Source: Pseudomonadota bacterium
Lineage (GTDB): Bacteria; Bdellovibrionota_C; UBA2361; OMII01
Reading direction: 5' to 3'
Length of the DNA stretch: 58,111 bases
Assembly: GCA_038134595.1 (NCBI GenBank)
Contig: JAYPVM010000009.1
Location: 1-58,111 of the forward strand
The notes beneath the pieces are model-generated. The model had not been told where the DNA came from. It made no database searches and saw only the letters and a list, made by a program, of their open reading frames with translations. Position 1 is the stretch's first letter, and every line of letters starts with the position of its first letter. Shown piece by piece: positions 7,825-17,311 of the stretch. The translations under genes were made by a program, and so were the position numbers.

Positions 7825-10353
7825 ATGTATCTTCGACAGTTAGTTGGTCTTCAATTTTTTTTTGCATTTTTTTTGTTTGGAGGGAACTCCCAATCTTGTT
7901 GGGCCGATTCAGTTTTTGCCGCCGGCGAGCGCTTTTCAGAGGAGATAGTCTTAAAAGATCTACCGATCTCTACCGCTATTTCGTTTGCCTCTCCAACAAG
8001 AGCTTATCTAGCTATTAAAATTGGACAGATTCTGACGGTCGATGAGGGAGTTGTGATGAAAACTCCGTTTATCGACCTTTCTGATATAATTAATAAACAT
8101 ACAGATCGGGGGCTTCTCGGATTGGCAGTGGACCCCGATTTTCCAGAGCGGCCTTATCTGTATATATCCTACGTATATGATCCTCCTGGTTTTTCAAGGG
8201 ATAGCTCAGATCCTCGTGTTATCCGTGTCGCTAGGCTTACGGCAGACGCCAATGCTGACTTCAAAACGGCAGTTCCGAACAGCTTGAAAGTATTGGTCGG
8301 GGCGAACGGTATTCCCGCACATATTGCACCTCCAGTGCCAGAGGGTGATGATAATGTGCCCGAGCGAGCTTCATGCATGACCGGATTGACTATGGACGGT
8401 GAACCGATTCAGGATTGTATCGGGTGTGATGCCCTTTCGCATACTGCGGGTACACTCGTTTTTGGACGCTCTAGAGAGCTTTTTATCTCTATTGGAGATG
8501 GTGCTGATTATAATGGTCCTACTCGCGTCGGTCTGAGGACACAAAATCTAGACTCCCTATCCGGGCGGGTGCTACGCATCAATCCGGATACGGGAGAGGG
8601 TATTGCTGGAAACCCCTGGTATAATGCTGCCGTCCCTTCATCGAATCGTTCTCGAACATGGTCCTACGGATTTAGAAATCCGTTCCGGATTACCCTCAAT
8701 CCTTTAGACGACGAGCCTTTCGTTGGAGACGTTGGCACCTCGTATTATGAGGAAATAAATACAGGAAAAGGCCGGAATTTCGGTTGGCCATGCTACGAGG
8801 GCGGCTTTCTTGAGCGAAGTCAGCAAGAGGGGGAGGCTACTGCGAGCATAGAACAGGTAGGCTACCGCCGTTACGACAGAACTGTCGATTTTTGTAACGC
8901 GATGTATGCTAATGGGCAGGGATACGTGAAGAAACCTCTTTTTAACTATCGTCATCCTTATGATGAGACAGGCAAGGATTTAGGTGCTTCGATAACGGGT
9001 TTATCATTCTACAGCGGTGAGACATATCCGTCTCGATATCGCGGAGCATTATTCTTTGCTGATTATGCTCAGCGATGGATCCGGTACATTACATTTGATT
9101 CTGTAGGCCGTCCCGTGCCGCATGATTTCGCTACAGAAGTCGGTACGGGGCTCGGTGCTGTGGAATTACTACAGGGTCCAGATGAGAATATATACGGAGT
9201 CTATATCGATCTCGAGACACGGACGAGTCAGGTTCGTCGCTTTCTCCCTGTAAACGGCGGGAACCTACCACCCACCATAAGAGCGTCCGTCGAACCAAAA
9301 GTTGGCGAACCTCCCCTTGCAGTCACGGGTTTTTCATCGGCAAGTTTTGATCCTAATGGATCTCCTCTCGAATTTAAATGGGACTTAGATGATGGCCGAA
9401 TATTGAATACAGCAGATGTCGCTTTTACATATGAAATACCCGGCTTGTACTCGGTAAAACTAACCGTAACTGAAAGGACTCCCGAGCAACTCTCTTCAAG
9501 CGAAACATTCTTAATTCGAGTCGGTGAAATACAGGCCGAAGCCAATATTGTCCAACCAAAAAGTGGGGAATTTTTTGAGATTGGGCAGCCCGTTAAGTTG
9601 GAGGCGGCCGACGCGACGGGCCGCTATTCGGATGTCCAATTCGATTGGAATATTTTGCAGGTGCATAACGAGCATCTCCACCTTGTTTCAGAGATTCCTG
9701 GCCGTACCGGCAGTTTTTACCCGACTGAACACACCGATAACACCTCCTATAGAGTCTGTCTGCGGATGAGAGTCTCAGAAGGAAACGAAGATAATGAGTG
9801 CGTTGATTTAAAAGCAAAAAGCGCTGAATACCTGCTTCAGAGCAAGCCAAGCGGCGCAGTAATTTCGTATATCGACGAGGAAAGCGAACGAGAAACGCCT
9901 TATGCAATACATCCAATCGTTGGTTCTCAACAAACACTAAAGGCGCAACCTACGTACAACGGAAGAAGCTTCTTGGGATGGTCAGATGGAACACTTAGTT
10001 TATCCCGCCGGTTTGTTGCGGAGGCTGGAAAGCACTCTCTTGCCGCGGTTTATCGAAACCTACGTCCACGGGCTCTCTTTAAGAAGCTTGGAGCAAATGC
10101 CAGAAAAAGAGTAATTAGGCTAGATGCAGCAAGCTCGTTGGACCCGGAGGGTGCAGATCTTAGTTACCGATGGCTGTTCTCAGATGGAACCCGCTTGAAA
10201 GGCAGGTCAATTAAAAAGCGTTTCAAATCTTCCGGTAGATATAGTGTCACATTAACAGTACGAGATCCCCTTGGGGCAACTAATAGACGACGGAAGACAA
10301 TCGTCGTTAGAAACCGAAGCATTAGAATTACCAATCGTCATTTTGACCGATAA
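7825..10353 (+). CDS. Exported PQQ-dependent sugar dehydrogenase (GSDH) beta-propeller with PKD domains
   Basis: N-terminal signal-like segment; RGLLGLAVDPDF, GRVLRINP, YGFRNPFR and GRNFGWPCYEG motifs; two PKD repeats (SFDPNG...WDLDDG and SLDPEG...WLFSDG). ATG at 7825 preferred over TTG at 7771. Confidence 0.85.
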   Translation: MYLRQLVGLQFFFAFFLFGGNSQSCWADSVFAAGERFSEEIVLKDLPISTAISFASPTRAYLAIKIGQILTVDEGVVMKTPFIDLSDIINKHTDRGLLGLAVDPDFPERPYLYISYVYDPPGFSRDSSDPRVIRVARLTADANADFKTAVPNSLKVLVGANGIPAHIAPPVPEGDDNVPERASCMTGLTMDGEPIQDCIGCDALSHTAGTLVFGRSRELFISIGDGADYNGPTRVGLRTQNLDSLSGRVLRINPDTGEGIAGNPWYNAAVPSSNRSRTWSYGFRNPFRITLNPLDDEPFVGDVGTSYYEEINTGKGRNFGWPCYEGGFLERSQQEGEATASIEQVGYRRYDRTVDFCNAMYANGQGYVKKPLFNYRHPYDETGKDLGASITGLSFYSGETYPSRYRGALFFADYAQRWIRYITFDSVGRPVPHDFATEVGTGLGAVELLQGPDENIYGVYIDLETRTSQVRRFLPVNGGNLPPTIRASVEPKVGEPPLAVTGFSSASFDPNGSPLEFKWDLDDGRILNTADVAFTYEIPGLYSVKLTVTERTPEQLSSSETFLIRVGEIQAEANIVQPKSGEFFEIGQPVKLEAADATGRYSDVQFDWNILQVHNEHLHLVSEIPGRTGSFYPTEHTDNTSYRVCLRMRVSEGNEDNECVDLKAKSAEYLLQSKPSGAVISYIDEESERETPYAIHPIVGSQQTLKAQPTYNGRSFLGWSDGTLSLSRRFVAEAGKHSLAAVYRNLRPRALFKKLGANARKRVIRLDAASSLDPEGADLSYRWLFSDGTRLKGRSIKKRFKSSGRYSVTLTVRDPLGATNRRRKTIVVRNRSIRITNRHFDR

Positions 10354-10373
10354 CTTTACTTATCGGTCAAAAT
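10340..10373. terminator. Perfect 14-bp inverted repeat, probable bidirectional terminator
   Basis: ATTTTGACCGATAA-ctttac-TTATCGGTCAAAAT, overlapping the GSDH stop codon between convergent genes. Confidence 0.6.
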
Positions 10374-10419
10374 ATCAGGGGGCTGGTAGAGGCCCTTTCG
10401 CAGCCTTGAGTGTGAAAAA

Positions 10420-10911
10420 CTACGCGTATTCGTGTGTCTTTGGTCTATGAGTCCCTGCTTCGCCGACTAATATCATAACGGAATTGCAAGCTAGCTCGAT
10501 GCACAGAAGGTCTCTTGGTCCAAGCTTAATTCTTCGTCGCTCCTCTTCAGTTCTACCAGTAACGATGCGAAGCCAACAGGTCTCGTCTCCACTTAGCTTT
10601 CCTTGCTGCCCCCTCGGTTTGTCGCGATAGAGCTTTACCAGGGTATCAGATTCGGAATCGCCGTCATCAGCGCCCTGAAGAATAATATTTTCATCGAGCG
10701 ATTCAACCCCGTAGAGAAAAGCTCTAGCCGTTGCCCATAACCCGCCAATAGCATCGATTGGCAATAGCATATCAAGTGAGCCGGGCGCTCCAGGGGTCTC
10801 TTCGTTGTTGTTGATTGGAATATAGCAAAAACGCAAGCCCACTGGTTCAGGGATAAGCTGTAAACGCCCGAATGATTTTGTAATAGAAAATGTGATACCA
10901 CCAGTGTACAT
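10420..10911 (-). CDS. Hypothetical protein, possible Whirly-fold ssDNA-binding protein
   Basis: 163 aa with GGGGAGG RBS; apparent duplicated four-strand-plus-helix pattern; downstream of and co-oriented with the coupling protein. Confidence 0.55.
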   Translation of the reverse strand: MYTGGITFSITKSFGRLQLIPEPVGLRFCYIPINNNEETPGAPGSLDMLLPIDAIGGLWATARAFLYGVESLDENIILQGADDGDSESDTLVKLYRDKPRGQQGKLSGDETCWLRIVTGRTEEERRRIKLGPRDLLCIELACNSVMILVGEAGTHRPKTHEYA

Positions 10912-11135
10912 AACAACCTCCCCCCAGAAAAAACCTTACAATCTCACACGCTACTAGTCCCAGCTACCGCTAACCGTTACGACACGAGGACTATCCTTTC
11001 CTGATCTCTACACACTACTTTCCGTGTCATTAAAAAACTCGGAATAAACGCACAAGATCTTTACACCTTAGTCGCAAAGGCCTGATAGCAGGTGTGACAA
11101 TACTCTGGCTCTCAAAGTTGTGCAACAAATATCCT

Positions 11136-13292
11136 CTAACTGCCCTTTTTAACTTGAGTCTTATTGACTTTTACCGTCGTTGCACCTGCCTGGTTTTTTC
11201 GTTTACCTAATTTAAAGCCAGCTCTTGTTTTCTCTTTATCCGCTTTATTTTTCGGCTCATCAGGGAGATTTTTTTTAACCGCAGTAACGGTTCCCCGACT
11301 CCGGCGGTCCTTAGCTGTTAGGGATATTTTAAAAGCTGACTGTGGAGGCGGATCCTGAGACTCAGTAGACGGCTTTGGATCAACAACGGCTTTTTTATCG
11401 ACGCTAGAAGCAGGGATACCTTGCGGTTGTTTTGGAGTGAGATGTGCTGCTTTTTTATCTTCAGAGTCATCCTGCTCCTGAGCATATATCTGCTCATCCA
11501 CCCAGTCAGCTAAACCAAGCTCGTCCCGCTCAAATCGTTCTGGATGAATGAGAAATTCTCTTCCCTCCCAGGTATCGGGTAACTCGGCATTGAACCAGAA
11601 TGACCTGCCCTTAACGATTCTACCAGTGCCAAGATCGAACCATGCAAGACCCTTCTCAGCTGACATCTCATGTTTTAACTCCTCTGCACTGACTAGGTCC
11701 TCCTCTGACTCTGAGTAACTTATACTCTGAGATTCTCCACCAGTTTTGCGCGCACTAATATCAAGTGACCCACGAAGAACATGTGAGGAAAGCCCTGTAG
11801 TGACTCCGGCGCCTACAGATTTTTTCGTCGAGGTGATTTTTCCAAACCATTCGGTCATATCCGCCGCGGTCCGGTTGTCTCCGATTCTCATCATGACTTT
11901 CAGATTGACGTTAGCCATGACCCGTTCGTAGAAGGCTTCACTTAGCCCCATCGCAGAATCTGTGAGTCCTCCCGTTGATTGCGCTCCAAATAGCAGAGCG
12001 AACCGCCCTCTCCGAGCCAGTTCAAATAAATTTGCCCAGGTTGGCCCGAAAGTCGAGGATCCCTCATCGATGATAACCAGATGAGGATCCTCCAAGTTGT
12101 GATGACGGGATGATGTAATTTCCCCGATTGAAACTTCGAGATCTTCTCGAAACACCTTCACCATTCGCGCAGCGCTCTCAGCCTCTTCAAGTCTGGGAAG
12201 CATGAAATATATAATTTTTCCGCGAAGGATAGCATCCGTCAAAACAAGATCGGTGTATTTGGTACAAAAAACTTCTCCGGCAGCGCTGCCCGCGATAGCA
12301 TGGAGCTCGGATGCTATTCCGCGAAGATTATCTGTAATTCGAGCTGTGTCGAGCACCCCCTTCACACTTCTATAGCTCGATGCTAAATGACCAAGCTCAA
12401 CCATCGCTTGGCGAGCTCCGATCTTATGCAACATCCCGCGTAACTGTGGATACGCGAGCTGAAAAGCCGACAGGGCAACTGCGATATCTCTAATCGACCA
12501 GGCTAAGCCAAAGCTTTCCATGGCCCGTACCATTCGATAGATCGAATCTGCCGCCAGACGGTCATAGTGCTTTGTAGTGCTCTGATCAGAGGTGGGTGGT
12601 AAACCAGCTCGTAAGACCTTGCGAGCCTTTACGTCTGCTCGCTGATTGGTAAGGACAAAATTATAGGCGTGAACGGTGTCGAACGGATCAATTATGATTA
12701 AATCTTCGATTCGACCTGTTATCTGGGCCATTAAAATTATATGCGCAAGGGTAGCCGAATCACGCTTGGCATCGATAAAGGTACATCCACTCGCCCTGCC
12801 GCGGGCCATTTGCTGAAAGATAAGAGACTCAAGCCAGAGGGTCTTACCGACGCCTGTTTTGGCAAATACAGCGGCGTGGGTGCATATCTCATCATCATCA
12901 ACCCAAAGAGGCTTTCCCGAGTCGAGTTCGAACCCAACCAGATAGCGATCGATCATCTTTTTATCTTTTTGTTGAGCGTGCCGTATCGCGTGGTCAAAGC
13001 AATTTCGGTCTGGAGGCTGGCCTAGTACAGGCTTTCCTCCGCGAAGCTGCGACTCCTTCTTTCGCTCCTGTTCAAGAGCTAGAGACCTTCCCCATCCGTA
13101 GGCACCTCGGCCGAGTGAGTAGCTCGGAAGTAAGCTGAGTGCAAATAACATCGAACTGGATAAAGCCTCTCCTAGAGGAGATCCGGCAATAGTCAGCGCC
13201 GTGATAGCTAAAGCACCTGCCTTAACCAAGATATCACCTTGGCTTTCGTTATCTGCTAGCGTCCGGTCATCCCGCTGATAATCTCTAGCCAT
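11136..13292 (-). CDS. Type IV coupling protein (VirD4/TraD/DotL-like ATPase)
   Basis: N-terminal hydrophobic segments; HAAVFAKTGVGKT (Walker A); FIDAKRD; IIDEG (Walker B); ARRG...AQS; NVNLKVMMRIGD. Start reassigned to ATG 13292, which has a GGGAGG RBS and overlaps the upstream stop. Confidence 0.88.
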   Translation of the reverse strand: MARDYQRDDRTLADNESQGDILVKAGALAITALTIAGSPLGEALSSSMLFALSLLPSYSLGRGAYGWGRSLALEQERKKESQLRGGKPVLGQPPDRNCFDHAIRHAQQKDKKMIDRYLVGFELDSGKPLWVDDDEICTHAAVFAKTGVGKTLWLESLIFQQMARGRASGCTFIDAKRDSATLAHIILMAQITGRIEDLIIIDPFDTVHAYNFVLTNQRADVKARKVLRAGLPPTSDQSTTKHYDRLAADSIYRMVRAMESFGLAWSIRDIAVALSAFQLAYPQLRGMLHKIGARQAMVELGHLASSYRSVKGVLDTARITDNLRGIASELHAIAGSAAGEVFCTKYTDLVLTDAILRGKIIYFMLPRLEEAESAARMVKVFREDLEVSIGEITSSRHHNLEDPHLVIIDEGSSTFGPTWANLFELARRGRFALLFGAQSTGGLTDSAMGLSEAFYERVMANVNLKVMMRIGDNRTAADMTEWFGKITSTKKSVGAGVTTGLSSHVLRGSLDISARKTGGESQSISYSESEEDLVSAEELKHEMSAEKGLAWFDLGTGRIVKGRSFWFNAELPDTWEGREFLIHPERFERDELGLADWVDEQIYAQEQDDSEDKKAAHLTPKQPQGIPASSVDKKAVVDPKPSTESQDPPPQSAFKISLTAKDRRSRGTVTAVKKNLPDEPKNKADKEKTRAGFKLGKRKNQAGATTVKVNKTQVKKGS

Positions 13293-15306
13293 GATTACCC
13301 TCCCCAACATTGGAGCTGGCATCCACGGATAAATCGTCAAAACCCTCAATAGCATCTCTAGACTCACCTCTAAGCAGGCGTTCGTAAAGGTATTCTGACT
13401 CTGCCATCGTTGCTCGCTCAATAAAACGCATCTTGGACTTCCATTTATCGCCAAGCACCTCAGAGAACTGACTCTGTCGGAACGCAACCACCCCTTTAAG
13501 TCCAAGGCGCTCATGCTCGTTACCGCCACTATCCCTTGGCACTGGCCTAAACACCGCCGAGATTACCGAGGTACTCGGCACGCCATACTCGCCAATCCTG
13601 CTAGCTAACCAACCATAACTAGACAAAACAAAGCGAAGCGATATCCAATCGCGAACAGCTTCCTCCTCCAGCGAGCACGTATCCGCAACAGAACGAGCCT
13701 CCGAAACACAGTCAAAGAACTTCACCAAGTTGAAATTTTGCACACGCGCCTCATCAGCATCCTCTTCGGAGAGAGCCTCTCTCTTCTTCTTCTGAACCTC
13801 CGCAACACGTGCGCAAGCAGATTGCAGCTGGTCTTGCTCAGCTTGTGTTAGCAATTTTTGTAATTCTTCCATCAACGCCACAAGCGGTATGAAAACCAAA
13901 TTGGTCCCGGTCCGAATAGCTCCGCTACTGCAAAGATTTGTTATTATCTCCGGTAATTGTCGGCACAACCGCGCATGCACCACACGAAATAATCCGGACA
14001 ATTCCACCTCATCAGAGACGACTGACCGATTTAATGGATTGGAGAGCAACACCTCAGCCCATTGCCGAAGGGCCCAGCAATCGTCGCGCATGTTATGAGG
14101 AACGCGAACCTCAGAAAAAGGACTATATCGGAGTGAGTAGATTAGCCCCTGCCGAATGCGAGTTCGCGAAACATGCGAATAATCTTCAGAATAACAACTC
14201 AGGCTGTGAAGAATCGCCCTTGCGCTTAAGTGCGGCAGCGAAGACCTCCTTATCCACCTCTCACCCTCAAAGGAATGCGTAAAGACCTTCGCGGCCTCAA
14301 GGGATAAAGCCAGGGTGACAACCTCCTCTACTGGCACAGACTGCATCGCCACTTTTGAGTCCTGACAAGCAGCTCGCACCAGACACTGAGCTAATGCTGC
14401 TTCGCCCCCAAGAAAAACCCCACTGACAAGATGTTGATGAGCCAGCCAAACTTCTCGAACCATAGTGCATGCGTTTTCTAAGAGAGGCTCGTTTGCAGAA
14501 CCGTTTGGTCTAAACGGCTCGCTTAAATCGGAGTCGTTAATGTAAGCGGGAGTCTGTTTATAATGCAGAATTATTGCAGCCAAATGCATGTTTGGAGCGT
14601 TAGCCACGCCAAGCTCTGCGAGGTGTTGTCCCAGGCGACTCTTTTCCACATCCGAAATCTTGCTCTGGTTCGGACAAGCGAGACCCTGAACTGAGAGGCT
14701 CGGAGAGCCGTCGTCATTGACCCTCTCTAAGCTTGCCCGAGCTCCGGAATAAAAGAGACGTCCATTACCTGTCGAACCTAAAAGCCAAGCCTTTCTGCGA
14801 ACTCGAAGCCCTCGAGCTCCCGAAAGCGCAGACAAGAGAGCCACAGCAATTATAAGCCTGAACCCCGCAAGCACCATAAAAAGTGCTCTTATGCTTAAAA
14901 GGTGCAGTTTGATCAACATTCGAGACCCTAATCCCATTGAAGCCATTGGAAAACTAGCTGCATTGGAGTTTAGAATCGAGCCAGCTATTGCAGAGGTGGT
15001 GACGTCAAAGACCAGTCTTTCAGACTCTGTGCCGTGAGCGATTAGCCAATGGCGATAACTCATCCACTCATCGGAAGCGGTATCTGACCACTCGTGCTGA
15101 AGCGCCAATAGTCGACTGTAATTTCGTGAAATTTCTTGACCAGAGTGATTACGCACCCCCCAGAGGAACACTCCAATAAGAAAAGAACCATAGAGGGCAA
15201 AGGCTACAAGGCAAAAACCTATAAGAAGTCTCCGTAGCTTTTGAGAGCGAGAGGTTCGTAAAACCTCAAAATCCTTATCGGTTGGGGCTGAGATCCCATG
15301 AGACAT
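13285..15306 (-). CDS. Membrane-anchored protein coupled to the T4CP gene (possible DotM/IcmP/TrbA-like partner)
   Basis: 673 aa; two or three N-terminal TM segments then a large soluble helical region; 8-bp overlap with the T4CP start. Family assignment is tentative. Confidence 0.55.
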   Translation of the reverse strand: MSHGISAPTDKDFEVLRTSRSQKLRRLLIGFCLVAFALYGSFLIGVFLWGVRNHSGQEISRNYSRLLALQHEWSDTASDEWMSYRHWLIAHGTESERLVFDVTTSAIAGSILNSNAASFPMASMGLGSRMLIKLHLLSIRALFMVLAGFRLIIAVALLSALSGARGLRVRRKAWLLGSTGNGRLFYSGARASLERVNDDGSPSLSVQGLACPNQSKISDVEKSRLGQHLAELGVANAPNMHLAAIILHYKQTPAYINDSDLSEPFRPNGSANEPLLENACTMVREVWLAHQHLVSGVFLGGEAALAQCLVRAACQDSKVAMQSVPVEEVVTLALSLEAAKVFTHSFEGERWIRRSSLPHLSARAILHSLSCYSEDYSHVSRTRIRQGLIYSLRYSPFSEVRVPHNMRDDCWALRQWAEVLLSNPLNRSVVSDEVELSGLFRVVHARLCRQLPEIITNLCSSGAIRTGTNLVFIPLVALMEELQKLLTQAEQDQLQSACARVAEVQKKKREALSEEDADEARVQNFNLVKFFDCVSEARSVADTCSLEEEAVRDWISLRFVLSSYGWLASRIGEYGVPSTSVISAVFRPVPRDSGGNEHERLGLKGVVAFRQSQFSEVLGDKWKSKMRFIERATMAESEYLYERLLRGESRDAIEGFDDLSVDASSNVGEGNHG

Positions 15307-15784
15307 GTTAATTTTGCTTCCTATGTCCTTAGGTCACACATCGACCGTTCGGACAAAAACCTAACCATATAAGGAGTATATGCACCCCAATACTATTTCT
15401 GCAACATACTCGATTGCTATGAATACCGAAGCTAACAAGCCGTTACTATGGAGTTATCGGATGGCTTATGGTCTTACTAAACACTCCAAAACCGCCTAGC
15501 AAATGACCTCAGAACAGCATGTTAGGTCTTAGCTAGTTAAAACTAGGCTGTTTTTCTACTTCGCTGACCGCAATTAACAGGCCTGATAGACACAAAAAAT
15601 TTTCTATTCCGGTCAATGGTATTTAGCAACCAGTTCTTAGGAAACATCCTGAATTGTTCGATGCATATCCTACATCAACAGGCATCCAATCGTGTGATCT
15701 GGTTGATTCATAGCGAATTTGAGCAAAATGATTAAAGCCAAACGCCGAACGAAGTCGATAGTGCTATTGGTCAGAGGGGGCTAA

Positions 15785-16174
15785 ATGACAAAAATTTCAA
15801 GTAACCGGCTATTTAGATCTGGCAGAGTTGTAACTCTCTTCATATGGGGTGTTCTTTCAATAACCGTAACGAACGCCACCTCCATAGGGGCTCCAGCGGG
15901 GGAGAATCTTCGCGCAGCACATCCGTCAATCAAAGCCGAAGCCGTTGCCCACTATGCGCGGTCAAGAGCACTACTAGTCAAGGCAATTAGTGAGTTTGAC
16001 AAAGCTCGCTCACTTGCCAAGCCCGATGAGCTTCTAGACGCCACCAAATGGAGAAATACGTTGATAGACAGAGCTGAGGATCTTGAAAAGGTTCTCGACC
16101 CTCAACCGCGTGTGACGCGTGGCGGCATATATTTTGAGGCAGATTCGAGACTTTTACCTGAAGCAAAGAGGTAA
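15785..16174 (+). CDS. Exported helical hypothetical protein, first gene of the tra operon
   Basis: GAGGGGG RBS; basic then hydrophobic N-terminus; soluble helical remainder. Confidence 0.7.
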   Translation: MTKISSNRLFRSGRVVTLFIWGVLSITVTNATSIGAPAGENLRAAHPSIKAEAVAHYARSRALLVKAISEFDKARSLAKPDELLDATKWRNTLIDRAEDLEKVLDPQPRVTRGGIYFEADSRLLPEAKR

Positions 16175-16206
16175 CTCAGGGGGATAGGTTTTTTTAAGGG
16201 AAGGAT

Positions 16207-16599
16207 ATGGACGACGGACAGGTAATACCGGGATTAAACGAGGAGTGGTCGTTTGCTGGGGCCAAACTTATGGAGTGGATGACCGGCGTCACGACTGCTT
16301 TTCTAGTGAGCACTCTTATTGAAAAACCAGCGACAGCCATGCCACTGTTGGTAATTATTCTGATCGGTACGACTCTGTCTCTTTCAAATTTAAGAAAGCG
16401 TTTTCCCGACGAGGAACGCGGAGTGATGAACCTAGTAATGACGTCCTTAGGTTTTCAACCGATTGGAATCCCCGCTCCTGCTAAACTACAACCTAGGTGG
16501 AGCGGAGGCCGGATAAGCGAGCTCCCTGAGCGATGCCTTTTTGTCGAGCTAAAGCTCGATTCGATCATCAACAACCCAGAGTTTGACCCCCAAAGGTAA
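16207..16599 (+). CDS. TraL-like (VirB3-equivalent) inner membrane protein
   Basis: IPGLNEEW start, two TM segments, then basic LRKRFP and a Pro-rich segment; located before traE. Confidence 0.6.
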   Translation: MDDGQVIPGLNEEWSFAGAKLMEWMTGVTTAFLVSTLIEKPATAMPLLVIILIGTTLSLSNLRKRFPDEERGVMNLVMTSLGFQPIGIPAPAKLQPRWSGGRISELPERCLFVELKLDSIINNPEFDPQR

Positions 16600-16606
16600 C
16601 AAAGAG

Positions 16607-17311
16607 ATGCAAAATAAGAAAACTGCGGGCGAGGCGGTCAAACAAAAAATATCGGAGACTCGGCTCTCTACGGGTCGCGATGGGAACGATACGATCCGAT
16701 TGTGGGAGAACTACAAAGACCAGTCTCTTATGTGGCGAGCAATCGCACTTCTACAGCTACCGACAACTTTTGTCGCAATCCTCTTTGCCGTCTTAATGTG
16801 GTCTACACGAGAGGTGACATTGACGGTACCGTCGAAGCCCCTACCCGGCATCTATGCCGCCCAGGACATACCTGACAATGAGTTTGTCAATGTAGCGCTA
16901 GACTACATTAACCTTGTAGGCACCTATCAACCACGGACTGCTCGGAGACAATTTGAAGAGGCAATGAGCATGCTGCACGAGCCATTACTGAGTAAATTCA
17001 AACTAGACATGATGAATTCGGAGCTGCCGGCTATTGAGAACTCGTCGAGAACACAAGTATTCTTTATCGATCCTCTCAAAACCCGAACTCACCGCCAAGG
17101 CAATAATGTAACGGTAACAGTCGAAGGCGATCGATGGAAGGTCATCGCGGGAGCCGAACTTCCGACCCTATCGAGCCGTTATCGAGTCACTATGACTACA
17201 CTTCCCAGAAATAAATTAAACCCGTACGGTATTGTAATAACAAGCGTAACCTTTAAGGCCAATACTAAAGGTGAGCGCATCATAGATATCGACAAGGAGC
17301 TCCAACGATGA
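16607..17311 (+). CDS. traE: TraE-like (VirB8-like) bitopic protein
   Basis: Single TM, then VTLTVP, DYINLVGTYQP, TQVFF, VTVEGDR and NPYGIVIT; lies between traL and traK. Confidence 0.7.
   Translation: MQNKKTAGEAVKQKISETRLSTGRDGNDTIRLWENYKDQSLMWRAIALLQLPTTFVAILFAVLMWSTREVTLTVPSKPLPGIYAAQDIPDNEFVNVALDYINLVGTYQPRTARRQFEEAMSMLHEPLLSKFKLDMMNSELPAIENSSRTQVFFIDPLKTRTHRQGNNVTVTVEGDRWKVIAGAELPTLSSRYRVTMTTLPRNKLNPYGIVITSVTFKANTKGERIIDIDKELQR

Noticed and set aside
13293..13529. 79-aa N-terminal extension of the T4CP in the ORF track
   Set aside because: It overlaps the upstream gene in another frame; ATG 13292 has a strong GGGAGG RBS.
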